A stretch of 64,000 nucleotides of DNA, from the NCBI RefSeq assembly GCF_032444005.1, contig NC_091282.1, positions 1,203,234,001-1,203,298,000 of the forward strand, given 5' to 3'. Below are positions 49,201-61,189 of the stretch, piece after piece (position 1 is the first letter of the stretch; each line of letters begins with the position of its first letter). The notes under the pieces are model-generated. The model saw only the letters and a list, made by a program, of their open reading frames with translations, did not search any database and had not been told where the DNA came from. Made by a program: the position numbers and the translations under genes. Origin of the DNA: Ranitomeya imitator. Taxonomy: Eukaryota.

Positions 49201-52200
49201 CACAGAAACTATCCCGGTTCCATGGACGCGATCACCGAGCATAGAGATTCCACCCTGAAACGCCGAATCCGGAGATGGTGGTTCAGCTGCTTGAGATACA
49301 AAATTGGACGGAGAGAGCCATCCTTTTTTGGAACCACGAACAGGTTTGAGTAAAAACCCCAAAACCGCTTGCGACGAGGCACCGGAACTACGACTCCTGA
49401 GGCGAGGAGCGAATCGACGGCCTGGAGAAGTCCTGAGAGGTGGGAGAGCTGTTTGGGAGGACGAGAGAGCAGGAAAAATCTTCCTGGGGGCGAAGAAAAT
49501 TCTATCTTGTAGCCTGAAGTGACGATCTCCCTGACCCAGGCATCGTCGACTACCGATAGCCAAACCTCTGAGAACAGAAGAAGCCGGCCTCCCACCCTGG
49601 ATGGATTTCCAGGTGGGGGCGACCCGTCATTTATTAGAGAACCTGGGCACCGAGATCCAGATGGTCTTGCGGGGTGGCCCTTAGCCCTCCAGCGCGGTGG
49701 AGGCCTGAAAGAAGGTTTTCTTCGGTCTCCTTGTGAGGAAGAACGGTCCAGGTTGGGGTTTCCTGATGAGGTGAAGGACCGAAAGGGACGAAAGGACTGA
49801 GGGCCCCTCTAGTTGAAGGGACGTTTCGGCTTGGATTGGGTAAGGAGGTACTCTTACCACCCGTAGCGTCCGAGATCATTTGATCCAGCTGCGTGCCGAG
49901 GAGTATAGAACCCTGGAAGGGCAGACCAGTGAGAGATTTTTTTTTAGAAGCGGGGTCAGCGTTCCACGCCTTTAGCCAGAGAATCCGGCGAATGGCCACA
50001 ATGTTGCTGTTAGCCTGGTAGAGCAGGCCGCTGCATCAAGGGAGGCATTCATGAGGTATTTACCCTCAAGAGAAATCTGATCCACCAAGACAGTTCCTCA
50101 GCAGGAGCAGAGGCCAAAATGCCCTTGCGCAGGGTCTTGGCCCAGGCTGACACAGCCTTGGCTACCCAGGACGAGGCGAAACTAGGATAGAGGGAGGCTC
50201 CGGAAGCCTCAAATGCCAATTTTGCTAAAGCCTCGATTTGCCTGTCCGTGGGGTCCTTAAGGGAAGCTGCGTCCAGGATAGACAGAACCGTCTGCGAGGA
50301 TAGCCTGGAGACGGGAGGGTCGACCTTAGGAGACTCGGACCATTTGGAGACAAGGTCGGAGTGAAAAGGGTAGAGCACGTCAAGCCGTTTCCTGCCAGCG
50401 AAACGCTTGCCAGGGTTTTCCCAGTGTGTAGACGTAGTGTTGTCAAACTCCCTGTGATTAGGAAAGAACCTAGAGGGACGTTTAATCCGTTTAAATGCAA
50501 CGGAGACGTCCTGAGAGCTCGCTTCATCCTCCTTAAGATCAAGCGTCTGAATGATAGCCGAAATAAGGCTATCAACTATCTCCTGTGTCCCGGAAGTGTG
50601 ATCTGCATCCGAGTCAGATTCTGACAGAGGATAGGTCAGACCCGACGTCCGCCTGCGAGGAGGGGGAACGGGCAGATAGGGGAATCCCGTCCAGGGAAGT
50701 GGACGAGGATCTAGATAAGGTCCGTTTTCTGTCTCTTTTGTCCGGTCTGCCTCTGTGAGGGTCTAGGACAGGTGCAAGCGAATCGCCGTGTGAGGCGTTC
50801 GTGGCACTGGTGGCATTCGAGAGAAGCGGGATACGTTCAAGTGCCTGGACCAGGGACTGAGAAACCTTAGTCAGGTTGGACACTGATTGAGACATAGCAA
50901 CAGCCCACTCTGGGGGAGGAGGGGGGTGCACTCATCCCGGGACCTAGGAACTTCCTGAGGGACGGACATGGTGGGAGGAATGCAGGATCGGCAGAAAGGT
51001 GAAGGCTGACCTGAGGCCCACTTTTTCTTACAGTGAGCGCAGGTGTAATGGATGGCCGTAGTGGCAAAGGCTGGGGTAGGGTCGGACATAGGTGGATATT
51101 ACCTTGTCCTGGAGCGGAGAAGTACTGCCGGGAGGAGTTGAGCCCGAGAGAGCAGTAGCGCTGAGCCTGCTGACAAACAGCGACAGTGGTAGCCGCAGGT
51201 GCCCGTGTTCCCCCGAGATTCTTCTGTCCCACGCGGTGAGCAGACGCTGACAGGGAGCAGGAAGTCGTAGAAAGAGCGCTGAGATAGCGCAACGCTGTGG
51301 GCGGGCACAAGCGCTGAAGGGGGAAGCAGAAGAAACGCCCCCAACAGCGCTGAAAAATTCTCGGCCGCAATAATGCAGGCCGCCACAAGAGGGCGCTCAA
51401 GCACCAAAAAGGAGAAAAGCCGGGAGAGACAGAAAAGAATTGTGGGCGCGCGCCTGCAAGTTTAAATAAAAAGGAGGGAAAAATGCCAGCGTTATGCGAT
51501 CCCTTACCCCTCGGTTTAGCGCATCCCGGCGTCTGAAAATGCGGCCCTCTCCCCTATCAAAAGAAAGCCTGGTAAGATCTGGAGATCACTGCCGAGCAGG
51601 GTGGGGGAAGGAAGGTGGGGGGGTTGTTGATTGAAGACTTCCTACCTGGAGATGAGGAACCATCAGGATCCCTGGTAGGAGAGGGTCCTGGAAGAAGTCC
51701 TCCTTCCCGCGCCACGAACTCTCCGGCGCAGAAGACGGCATCGACCCCTAACCAGGGGGAGAGGGTCACTGGAAGTGACCGCCGTCTTCCTCTCAGCCCA
51801 CTCCGAAGAGAGGGATGAGGAGGGGAATGGGGCAGGACTGGCCACCGAGAAGAGGTCACCCTGAACACCCAAATGGGTGACAGGGGACAAGTCCTGCCCA
51901 GCGGGTCCGAGAGGGTGCGATGTGGGTAATACCACACTGCTCTCTCAGTCGCTCAAAGTGGGGAAAACAGGGTGAGAAAACTGCACCTTGTTACCCTGAA
52001 GAAAAGAGTCTGAAAAAGAAAGGGGAAAAGGTTAATGAACAAAACAAATCCCTGTAAAAGAAATGCGGATCTGGGGTTAGATCCAGGTCCGCCTCCTACA
52101 GACACTAAGCAAAAACTGAGTTGCCTGGTGCCTGGCGGAGGTATACTGCCGCGGAGGAGCTACTTCTTCTTTATTTGCATAGTGTCAGCCGCATACACCC

Positions 52201-52358
52201 GTGGTTACCTGTGTCCCCCAATGAGGCGAGAAAAAAAGTAATTGGTCTTGGAATAAAAAATAAAAAAAAAAGAAGGAGGGAGATCTTTTATTGCAGTTTT
52301 TTGCTTCACGGGACTAAGGCGGTCACAATTGCACCACATAAAGGGTCATGTCACTCAC

Positions 52359-52487
52359 CTCTCCTCTGTTTCGGGACGTGCACTCGATATTCAGCTCCTT
52401 TTGCTTCTTCAGCGCGGCTTCTAGTTTAGTCTTCAGGTCAATTGCACATTTTAGGCTGTCGTCATTGATTCCAGCTTTTGTGAAAAC
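52359..52487 (-). CDS. UVSSA: UVSSA coding exon 6
   Basis: [45 protein letters not shown] acceptor, gtgagt donor. 129 nt. Confidence 0.92.
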
Positions 52488-52886
52488 CTTCATTGAAAAA
52501 GTAAAAAAGTTAAAATAACTAAATTTCCATAAAATAATGCTTCTGAAAGAATTTAGCCCAGTGCAGTTCCTTTAATATTACTCCTGGAAAGGTACAAGCT
52601 AACTAAAAATTGGGTGTATACAATTTTTAATGGTGTTAAGGCGTGATCATTACATACGCTGTCTAACCAGTGCAGACGGTACAGGGTTAAACCTTGTCAG
52701 GAAGGGGAATAGAGACAGCTAGTTATCAATTAATTCCTTCATTAATTTATTGCCAGGAGGTATAACAATGGAAAAGCACAAGACCAAGAAAAAAAAAATA
52801 CTAATTTACTAAATTTGCATTAATAGATTTGACGACATGAAAACATGAACACAAAGTGGAGGATAAGACTGTTTTCCCACTGGTAC

Positions 52887-52996
52887 CTGTATCCAGGACT
52901 GAACTGCTGGCCAGTACTTGTTCTTCGCCACTTTACAGGCATCCTTTAAGCTGTTGAGGACGTCGGTATTATCTTCATTCTCATTAACTTTCACGT
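52887..52996 (-). CDS. UVSSA: UVSSA coding exon 5
   Basis: DVKVNENEDNTDVLNSLKDACKVAKNKYWPAVQSWIQ. tttgcatag acceptor, gtacca donor. 110 nt. Confidence 0.93.
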
Positions 52997-53047
52997 CTAT
53001 GCAAAATGGAGAAAGTTCTTTTCAGCGCATGACAAAAAGACAATGAT

Positions 53048-53272
53048 GAGAGCGAGCAAGGACCAAGGGGAAAGCGAGAGCGAGCAAAAACCAAGGGGAA
53101 AGCGAGAGCGAGCAAGGACCAAGGGGAAAGCGAGAGCGAGCAAAAAACCAAAGGGAAAGCGAGAGCGAGCAAAAAACCAAAGGGAAAGTGAGAGCGAGCA
53201 AAAAACCAAAGGGAAAGTGAGAGCGAGCAAAAAACCAAAGGGAAAGCGAGAGCGAGCAAAAACCAAGAGGAA
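53048..53272. repeat. ~29 bp tandem repeat (gcgagagcgagcaaaaaaccaaagggaaa)
   Basis: About 8 copies filling most of the UVSSA intron 52997-53381. Confidence 0.9.
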
Positions 53273-53381
53273 AGTGCGCTACAGAAAGGGGTAGCGAGCA
53301 AAAAAATAAAAATAGAGATAATCATATCATTTGCCAGATTACAGATTCACAAACGGTTTCCCTATCCCGCAGAGCTGTCAC

Positions 53382-53747
53382 CTGTTGAGATTTCGATGTC
53401 CAGCGTGTACTTGTGAGAGCCCAGCCCATGTTCCCTGATGAACGACTCTTCCACAGGCTCAAAGTCATTGTCTGACTCATCCGAGCTGGATTCCTTCAGA
53501 GAACTTTCCACCTTTTCCTCTCCCTTAGATACATGGTTGAGGTTGGGCAGGTCTTTGCTGCAGCAGGGTTCCTCGTCATCGGCCTCGTGTAATCGGGCCT
53601 TCGGTTTAGGAGAACCACTGCCCATCGGTACGTCGCCTCTTTCATCTCCTCCACCACTGACCAGACTGAAGTCTTCAGGGTCGGGCAGTAACAAGATGAA
53701 GCAGTTCTCCATCTCCGTGAGGCAGGATTGGATGTCCTCTAACATCT
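53382..53747 (-). CDS. UVSSA: UVSSA coding exon 4
   Basis: EMLEDIQSCLTEMENCFILLLP...EPCCSKDLP...FIREHGLGSHKYTLDIEIST. ttttccag acceptor, gtgaca donor. 366 nt, phase 1-1. Confidence 0.94.
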
Positions 53748-53944
53748 CTGGAAAACAGACGGTAAAGTTAATTTTTTTTATATTTTAGTGGCTAAAAAAA
53801 AAATTCAGAACAGTGGGAAAAAGAAAAAAAAAAGTAGCTCGCGTAACCGTAAATTGTTTAGTTTTCTGTCGATGGAGGAGAGTGAGGGCTTAGTCTTTTG
53901 CGTGCTGAGCTGACTGTCTCAATGGTACCATTTTGGGGTACATA

Positions 53945-56480
53945 CAGTGTGGCCGTAATGTTATATGAAACCCATTACAAACACTACTTTGCAGGACCAC
54001 CTTTCACTGCAGTTGCTGCTGCAGTCTTTGGGGGTCTGCCTCTACCAGCTTTGAACATCTAGAGGTGACATTTGTGCCTCTTCTTTGCACATTCGCTCAG
54101 TGAGATTGGATGGAGACTTCTGAGCAGCAATTCCAATTTTTTTCACAGATTCTCAATGCGATTTAGGTCTCGACTGTGACTGGGCCCGTCACACACATTA
54201 ATATGCTCTGGTCTAAACCCTCCATTGTAGCTCTGGCAGGATGTTTAGGGTCGATGTCCTGCTGGAAGGTGAATCTACGCCCCAGTTTCAAGTCTTTTGC
54301 AGCCTTTAACAAGTTGTTCTCCAGAATTGCCATGTATTTAGCTCCATCCATCCTCCCATCAACTCTAAACGGCTCCTAAAGAAAACATCCCCTACCTACA
54401 GCATGGTGCTGCCACCACCATGTGTGACGGTAGGCATGGTGTTTTCAGGGTGATTTTGTTGTTAGTTTTGCAGCACACATAGCGTACTGCATTTAGCCCA
54501 AAAGGTTCTGCTTTGATTTCATCTGACCAGATCACCTTCTTTCACATGTTCACTGTGTCCTCTACATAGTAACATAGTAACAAAGTTAGTAAGGCCGAAA
54601 AAAGACATTTGTCCATCCAGTTCAGCCTATATTCCATCATAATAAATCCCCAGATCTACGTCCTTCTACAGAACCTAATAATTGTATGATACAATATTGT
54701 TCTGCTCCAGGAAGACATCCAGGCCTCTCTTGAACCCCTCAACTGAGTTCGCCATCACCACCTCCTCAGGCAAGCAATTCCAGATTCTCACTGCCCTAAC
54801 AGTAAAGAATCCTCTTCTATGTTGGTGGAAAAACCTTCTCTCCTCCAGACGCAAAGAATGCCCCCTTGTGCCCGTCGCCTTCCTTGGTATAAACAGATCC
54901 TCAGCGAGATATTTGTATTGTCCCCTTATATACTTATACATGGTTATTACATCGCCCCTCAGTCGTCTTTTTTCTAGACTAAATAATCCTAATTTCGCTA
55001 ATCTATCTGGGTATTGTAGTTCTCCCATCCCCTTTATTAATTTTGTTGCCCTCCTGTGTACTCTCTCTAGTTCCATTATATCCTTCCTGAGCACCGGTGC
55101 CCAAAACTGGACACAGTACTCCATGTGCGGTCTAACTAGGGATTTGTACAGAGGCAGTATAATGCTCTCATCATGTGTATCCAGACCTCTTTTAATGCAC
55201 CCCATGATCCTGTTTGCCTTGGCAGCTGCTGCCTGGCACTGGCTGCTCCAGGTAAGTTTATCATTAACTAGGATCCCCAAGTCCTTCTCCCTGTCAGATT
55301 TACCCAGTGGTTTCCCATTCAGTGTGTAATGGTGATATTGATTCCTTCTTCCCATGTGTATAACCTTACATTTATCATTGTTAAACCTCATCTGCCACCT
55401 TTCAGCCCAAGTTTCCAACTTATCCAGATCCATCTGTAGCAGAATACTATCTTCTCTTGTATTAACTGCTTTACATAGTTTTGTATCATCTGCAAATATC
55501 GATATTTTACTGTGTAAACCTTCTACCAGATCATTAATGAATATGTTGAAGAGAACAGGTCCCAATACCGACCCCTGCGGTACCCCACTGGTCACAGCGA
55601 CTCAGTTAGAGACTATACCATTTATAACCACCCTCTGCTTTCTATCACTAAGCCAGTTACTAACCCATTTACACACATTTTCCCCCTAATGGCCCCATGG
55701 CTTTTTGAACACTTCAGACGGGACTTCTTATGGCTTGCTTTCAAAAATGGCTTTCTTCTTGCCACTCCCTCATAAAGGCCAGATTTGTGGAGAAGACAAC
55801 TAATAGTCGGCCTGTGGGTAGGTTCTCCCACTTGAGCTGTGGATCTCTGCAGCTCTTCCACAGTGACCATGGGCCTCTTGGCTGTTAATCTAATTAGTGC
55901 TCTCCCTGCTTGGGATGTCTGCGTAGGTTGGCGGCCATGTCTTGGTACGTTTTCAGTTGTGTCATACTCCTTCCATTTTTGGATGATGGACTGAAAAGTG
56001 CTCAGTGAGATGTTCAGAGACAAATTATTATTTTTTTTTTATTTATTTATTTTATAACCTAACTCAGCTTTACTCATTTCCATAACTTTATCCCTGACCT
56101 GTCTGGTGTGTTCCTTGATTTTCATGATCCTGTTGGATCCCTAATGTTCTCAAACAACCCTCTGAGGCCTTCACAGAACAGCTGCAATTATACTGAGAAG
56201 AAATTACACACAGGTGGATTCAATGTACCAATTCTGTGACTTCTGGAGGCAATGGGTCACTCCAGATTTTATTTAGGGCTATCAAACTACTGGGGGCTGA
56301 ATACAAATACACGTCACAATCTTCAGATTTCTTTATCACCTCACAAATACTTTCTACTTTGTGATAGCATATCACATTAAATCCAAATAAAATACACTTA
56401 AGTTTATGGGTATAAAAAAAAAAGTGAAAAACGTGAAAAAAAAAAAAAAAGTGGGAAAAGGTCGTGGGGGATATTTTTTC
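53945..56480 (-). mobile_element. Decayed Tc1-like transposon split by a CR1 insertion
   Basis: STFQSIIQKWKEY...GVARRKPFL (55690-56020), IWSDE (~54520) and [13 protein letters not shown] (~54260). Boundaries approximate. Confidence 0.85.
54563..55686 (-). mobile_element. 5'-truncated CR1-type LINE (RT C-terminus and 3' UTR)
   Basis: SGVPQGSVLGPVLFNIFINDL...FADDTKL...YCVQFWAP...LEKRRLRGD...VRAVRIWNCLP, uninterrupted for 306 aa. Short (TTACTATG)-type tail. Confidence 0.95.
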
Positions 56481-56526
56481 AAATATATTATTTACACACA
56501 CACGCAATGTAAATTTGGGGTCTTAC

Positions 56527-56647
56527 CTTCCATCTCAGTCTTTGCTTTTTTGGCTTTCTCCCGATAAATATTTTCTAAACGTTTCTGCTTTTCCTCTTCC
56601 CGTTTCCTCTCTGCTACCGTCCTGGAGCTAACATCCTGGAAATCCAC
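56527..56647 (-). CDS. UVSSA: UVSSA coding exon 3
   Basis: [40 protein letters not shown]. cttcag acceptor, gtaag donor. 121 nt. Confidence 0.95.
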
Positions 56648-56879
56648 CTGAAGTGTATCCACATAGAATTTAAGTACTTAAGATGCTCGTGCTGTACGAG
56701 AGGCAATAATAATCCTTGATAATACACAGAGCGTTGTGCTCCTTCAATACACGAAAATAAAACAAAACTCTGCAATAAACAGTATTTGCTTTCTCACCGT
56801 TTTGTGTACGCAGTTTTTATGCAAACTAGTGTAACTTAATAAATAGAAAATGAACAACCAGTGGCTTCTCCCAGGGTGT

Positions 56880-57420
56880 AATGCCCCAGAAGAAACCAGT
56901 ATGGTGAAACTCGATTGGCCACGGAAGAAACCAGTATGGCGAATCTCGATTGGCCCCAAAAGGAGTCCATAATGGTGAAACTCAAGCGGCCCCGGTAGAA
57001 ATTGGTAATGGTGAAACATGAGACACCGTGGAAGAAGTTAGTAATGGTGAAACAAGAGTGTCCTCAAAAGACATTGTTAACAGTAACACTCGAGTGGCCC
57101 CAGAAGAAGCGAATAATGGTGAAACACAAGACACAGTGGAAGAAGCTGGTAATGTTGAAGCAAGAGCGCCTCCAAAAGACATTGGTAACATTAACACTCG
57201 AGTGGCCCCAGAAGAAGCCAGTAATGGTGAAACACGAGACACAGTGGAAGAAGCTGGTAATAGTGAAACAAGAGTGTCTCCAAAAGAAATTGGTAACGGT
57301 AACACTTGAGTGGCCTTGGAATAAGCCAATAATGGTGACATGAAACTCGAGTGTCTCCAGAAGAAGCCGGTAATGGTAAAAATCTACTGGCCCCAGAAGA
57401 AGCAGATATTGGTGAAACGC
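56880..57420. repeat. ~42 bp degenerate tandem repeat (ggccccagaagaagccagtaatggtgaaac...)
   Basis: Recurring taatggtgaaac motif. Confidence 0.85.
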
Positions 57421-58057
57421 CAATCTGGGTAGTCATGTAAAATGATATGATGGACTTTAACTGGTGTATTTTAGGTATAATACCGTATTTGCGTGGCTGA
57501 GCCCTGATTTAGCATTACTGCACTATATTGTAGCCTTTTGGGAATGCAATTTTCAACATCTCGCAGAAGAGACAGGTACAATAACTGTTCTAAATCCCAG
57601 GGTGAAGCTGGGGATATACAAACATTGACTGATCTGATTGAAGGAACAGCACAGCTGATTTTTTCAAGACTTGATCCTCAAACCAAGTCACAAATCGGAG
57701 TATAACACCAGTATTGAAACTGCCGCCATGTGTTAGGGTCATGCACCGGCCCCTCTCCTTACAGCTGCAGGATGAGACCCGAGGTGGTAATATCGGGTCT
57801 GGGAGACATGTCTATTACTTTTCCAGACAGAGATGAATCCAAGAACTAATTTTCTATGGCTGAAGAGATGTCTCAGCTAGAAGCTCAATGCAAACGGTTA
57901 CTACATTGGACGCACTTACAGAACAGGTGGCTCCTGAGCGCCCCCTGGTGTCATTTGTGGATCATAATGGACATGTAAAAAACAAGTACGGTAGAAAAGG
58001 GGGAGCGAAAGTGGAAATACGACAATAACTACATCAGAGCCACACACTGATACTCAC

Positions 58058-58388
58058 CTTTTTGTTCTGTTTCAAAAAGTGATATCCCAAGGAGAGTTTC
58101 TTGTAGGCTTCCCCAAACTTCTCGTTCCATTCCTGCACAGCCTTAATGGCCAAGATTTTGAGTTTCTGTGCCACTTCCTTAGGAGGCGGCAGTGGCTGCT
58201 CATAGTCTGTCTCCACAGTGAGCTCCAAGAACTCCTGAAAGTTGGAGATGAGCAGAGTCCTGAACAAGTGCGACCGACTGAACAGCTCGCTGACTATCTG
58301 AAAGGCGGACAGGCGGATTTCTGCATGCTCCTGATTCAGCTGGATCATCAGCAGGTGGTAGACGTGTTTAATCTCCTCATCTGAAGAT
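58058..58388 (-). CDS. UVSSA: UVSSA coding exon 2 (VHS-like domain)
   Basis: [61 protein letters not shown]...[24 protein letters not shown]. tttttcag acceptor, gtgagt donor. 331 nt, phase compatible with the previous exon. Confidence 0.97.
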
Positions 58389-58429
58389 CTGAAAAATAGA
58401 AAAAAAATAAGTTACATAACTTATTCTAA

Positions 58430-60430
58430 AATGATCCTGAGTTACATCCTGTATTATATCCCAGAGCTGCACTCACTATTCTGCTGGTGCAGTCACTGTG
58501 TACATACATTACTGATCCTGAGTTACATCCTGTATTATACCCCAGAGCTGCACTCACTATTCTGCTGGTGCAGTCACTGTGTACATACATTACATTACTG
58601 ATCCTGAGTTACATCCTGTATTATACCCCAGAGCTGCACTCACTATTCTGCTGGTGCAGTCACTGTGTACATACATTACATTACTGATCCTGAGTTACAT
58701 CCTGTATTATACTCCAGAGCTGCACTCACTATTCTGCTGGTGCAGTCACTGTGTACATACATTACATTACTGATCCTGAGTTACATCCTGTATTATATCC
58801 CAGAGCTGCACTCACTATTCTGCTGGTGCAGTCACTGTGTACATACATTACTGATCCTGAGTTACATCCTGTATTATACTCCAGAGCTGCACTCACTTTT
58901 CTGCTGGTGCAGTCACTGTGTGCACACATTACATTACTGATCCTGAGTTATATCCTGTATTATACTCCAGAGCTGCACTCACTATTCTGCTGGTGCAGTC
59001 ACTGTGTACATACATTACTGATCCTGAGTTACATCCTGTATTATACTCCAGAGCTGCACTCACTTTTCTGCTGGTGCAGTCACTGTGTACATACATTACA
59101 TTACTGATCCTGAGTTACATCCTGTATTATACCCCAGAGCTGCACTCACTATTCTGCTGGTGCAGTCACTTTGTACATACATTACATTACTGATCCTGAG
59201 TTACATCCTGTATTATACTCCAGAGCTGCACTCACTATTCTGCTGGTGCAGTCACTGCGTACATACATTACATTACTGATCCTGAGTTACATCCTGTATT
59301 ATACTCCAGAGCTGAATTCACTATTCTGCTGGTGCAGTCACTGTATATACATTACATTACTGATCCTGAGTTACATCCTGTATTATACTCCAGAGCTGAA
59401 TTCACTATTCTGCTGGTGCAGTCACTGTATATACATTACTGATCCTGAGTTACATCCTGTATTATACTCCAGAGCTGAATTCACTATTCTGCTGGTGCAG
59501 TCACTGTGTATATACATTACATTACTGATCCTGAGTTACATCCTGCATTATACTCCAGAGCTGCACTCACTATTCTGCTGGTGCAGTAACTGTGTACATA
59601 CATTACATTACTGATCCCGAGTTACATCCTGTATTATACTCCAGAGCTTATCTCACTATTCTGCTGATGCAGTCACTGTGTACATACATTACATTACTGA
59701 TCCTGAGTTACATCCTGTATTATACCCCAGAGCTGCACTCACTATTCTGCTGGTGCAGTCACTGTGTACATACATTACATTACTGATCCCGAGTTACATC
59801 CTGTATTATACTCCAGAGCTTATCTCACTATTCTGCTGATGCAGTCACTGTGTACATACATTACATTACTGATCCTGAGTTACATCCTGTATTATACTCC
59901 AGAGCTGCACTCACTATTCTGCTGGTGCAGTCACTGTGTACATACATTACATTACTGATCCTGAGTTACATCCTGTATTATACCCCAGAGCTTATCTCAC
60001 TATTCTGCTGATGCAGTCACTGTGTACATACATTACTGATCCTGAGTTACATCCTGTATTATACTCCAGAGCTGCACTCACTATTCTGCTGGTGCAGTCA
60101 CCGTGTACATACATTACATTCCTGATCCTGAGTTACATCCTGTATTATACCCCAGAGCTTATCTCACTATTCTGCTGATGCAGTCACTGTGTACATACAT
60201 TACTGATCCTGAGTTACATCCTGTATTATACTCCAGAGCTGCACTCACTATTCTGCTGGTGCAGTCACCGTGTACATACATTACATTCCTGATCCTGAGT
60301 TACATCCTGTATTATACCCCAGAGCTTATCTCACTATTCTGCTGATGCAGTCACTGTGTACATACATTACATTACTGATCCTGAGTTACATCCTGTATTA
60401 TACCCCAGAGCTGCACTCACTATTCTGCTT
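58430..60430. repeat. ~81-86 bp satellite (tgatcctgagttacatcctgtattatactccagagctgcactcactattctgctggtgcagtcactgtgtacatacattacattac)
   Basis: About 24 units. Length varies by presence or absence of a 5 bp attac. Confidence 0.97.
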
Positions 60431-60564
60431 GTGGAGACACTGAACACATTAAGGCAGTCAGCAGTTACACAGTAGAGGAGGAGAGGGTAATCTGGGGTAT
60501 ACAGATGGTCCTTATAGTGGGCATATTACGCCCTGCATATAACGCAGCCTCACATTACACTCAC

Positions 60565-60662
60565 CTGCAGATCTTCTTCAGCTGCTTGAGCTTCTCTGGG
60601 TTGGGCTGTGGCTCCCCGGACGTGGTCAGTGACTCCACCAGCTCCTCTAGTGTCGGCTCCAT
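60565..60662 (-). CDS. UVSSA: UV-stimulated scaffold protein A, first coding exon (exon spans 60565-60672 including short UTR)
   Basis: Translates MEPTLEELVESLTTSGEPQPNPEKLKQLKKICR, matching the recalled vertebrate UVSSA N-terminus (LVEELTTSGEP..NPEK.KELKKIC). Acceptor ttctccccag upstream, donor gtgagt at 60564. 98 coding nt. Confidence 0.93.
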
Positions 60663-61189
60663 CCTCACATATCTGGGGAGAAGGATCAGGCATCAACAGA
60701 GGGAACCTTACTGGAAACAGCAGAACGCTGGAACTGTGTCATTGTGAGGACTTCTCACTGGTGAGAGCTCGTTACCATCTTATCTAGGCAGATTTATAGC
60801 AATCAGTGAGGGAAGAGGGGACCGCAGCGCTGCAGACAATCACTGAACTTGACGGTTCATAGTGGTTCGTGCAGGGACAGTTTCTGGCTGCTGTCAAACT
60901 ACGATCAATGCTAAATCAGAGCTGCAGAGAATGGGACCAAGGAAGCAGAGGCAGCGCTGGACCCAGGGAGAGGGGGCAAGGCAGAGGTTTTGTTTCCTTT
61001 TGTTTATAAGAAACTGCAGCCGGGTACAAGGATTTTCTGACACTGGAAACCCCCTTTAAGAAAACATCACACTGTCCTCTATCTCCTCGCACAGGGGCTG
61101 TGTCTGTGGCAGGTCTCCTTTCCAAAAAAACAGCAGAACCAGCTGCCCAAATCACAATACGGCGTAAAAATAACGATACACTACAAGTA

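Larger units (their letters stand above)
41895..52233 (-). mobile_element. Second DIRS1-type retrotransposon, decayed and interrupted
   Basis: Terminal repeats (ctcattgggggacacaggtaacca at ~41930 and, inverted, ~52200-52230), ICR at ~42175-42275, frameshifted gag (49634-51089), RT (48130-49595, YLDD region missing), RNase H (ITTNASLQGWGA), MT (YLFPP) and YR (46844-47800, continuing left of 42410). Confidence 0.93.

Noticed and set aside
57002-57436. Repetitive ORFs (EEAGNGETRV...)
   Set aside because: Products of the ~42 bp tandem repeat inside a UVSSA intron.
58430-60430. CRISPR-like appearance of regular repeats, here and in other arrays
   Set aside because: Head-to-tail units without unique spacers, no cas genes, and a vertebrate intron context.
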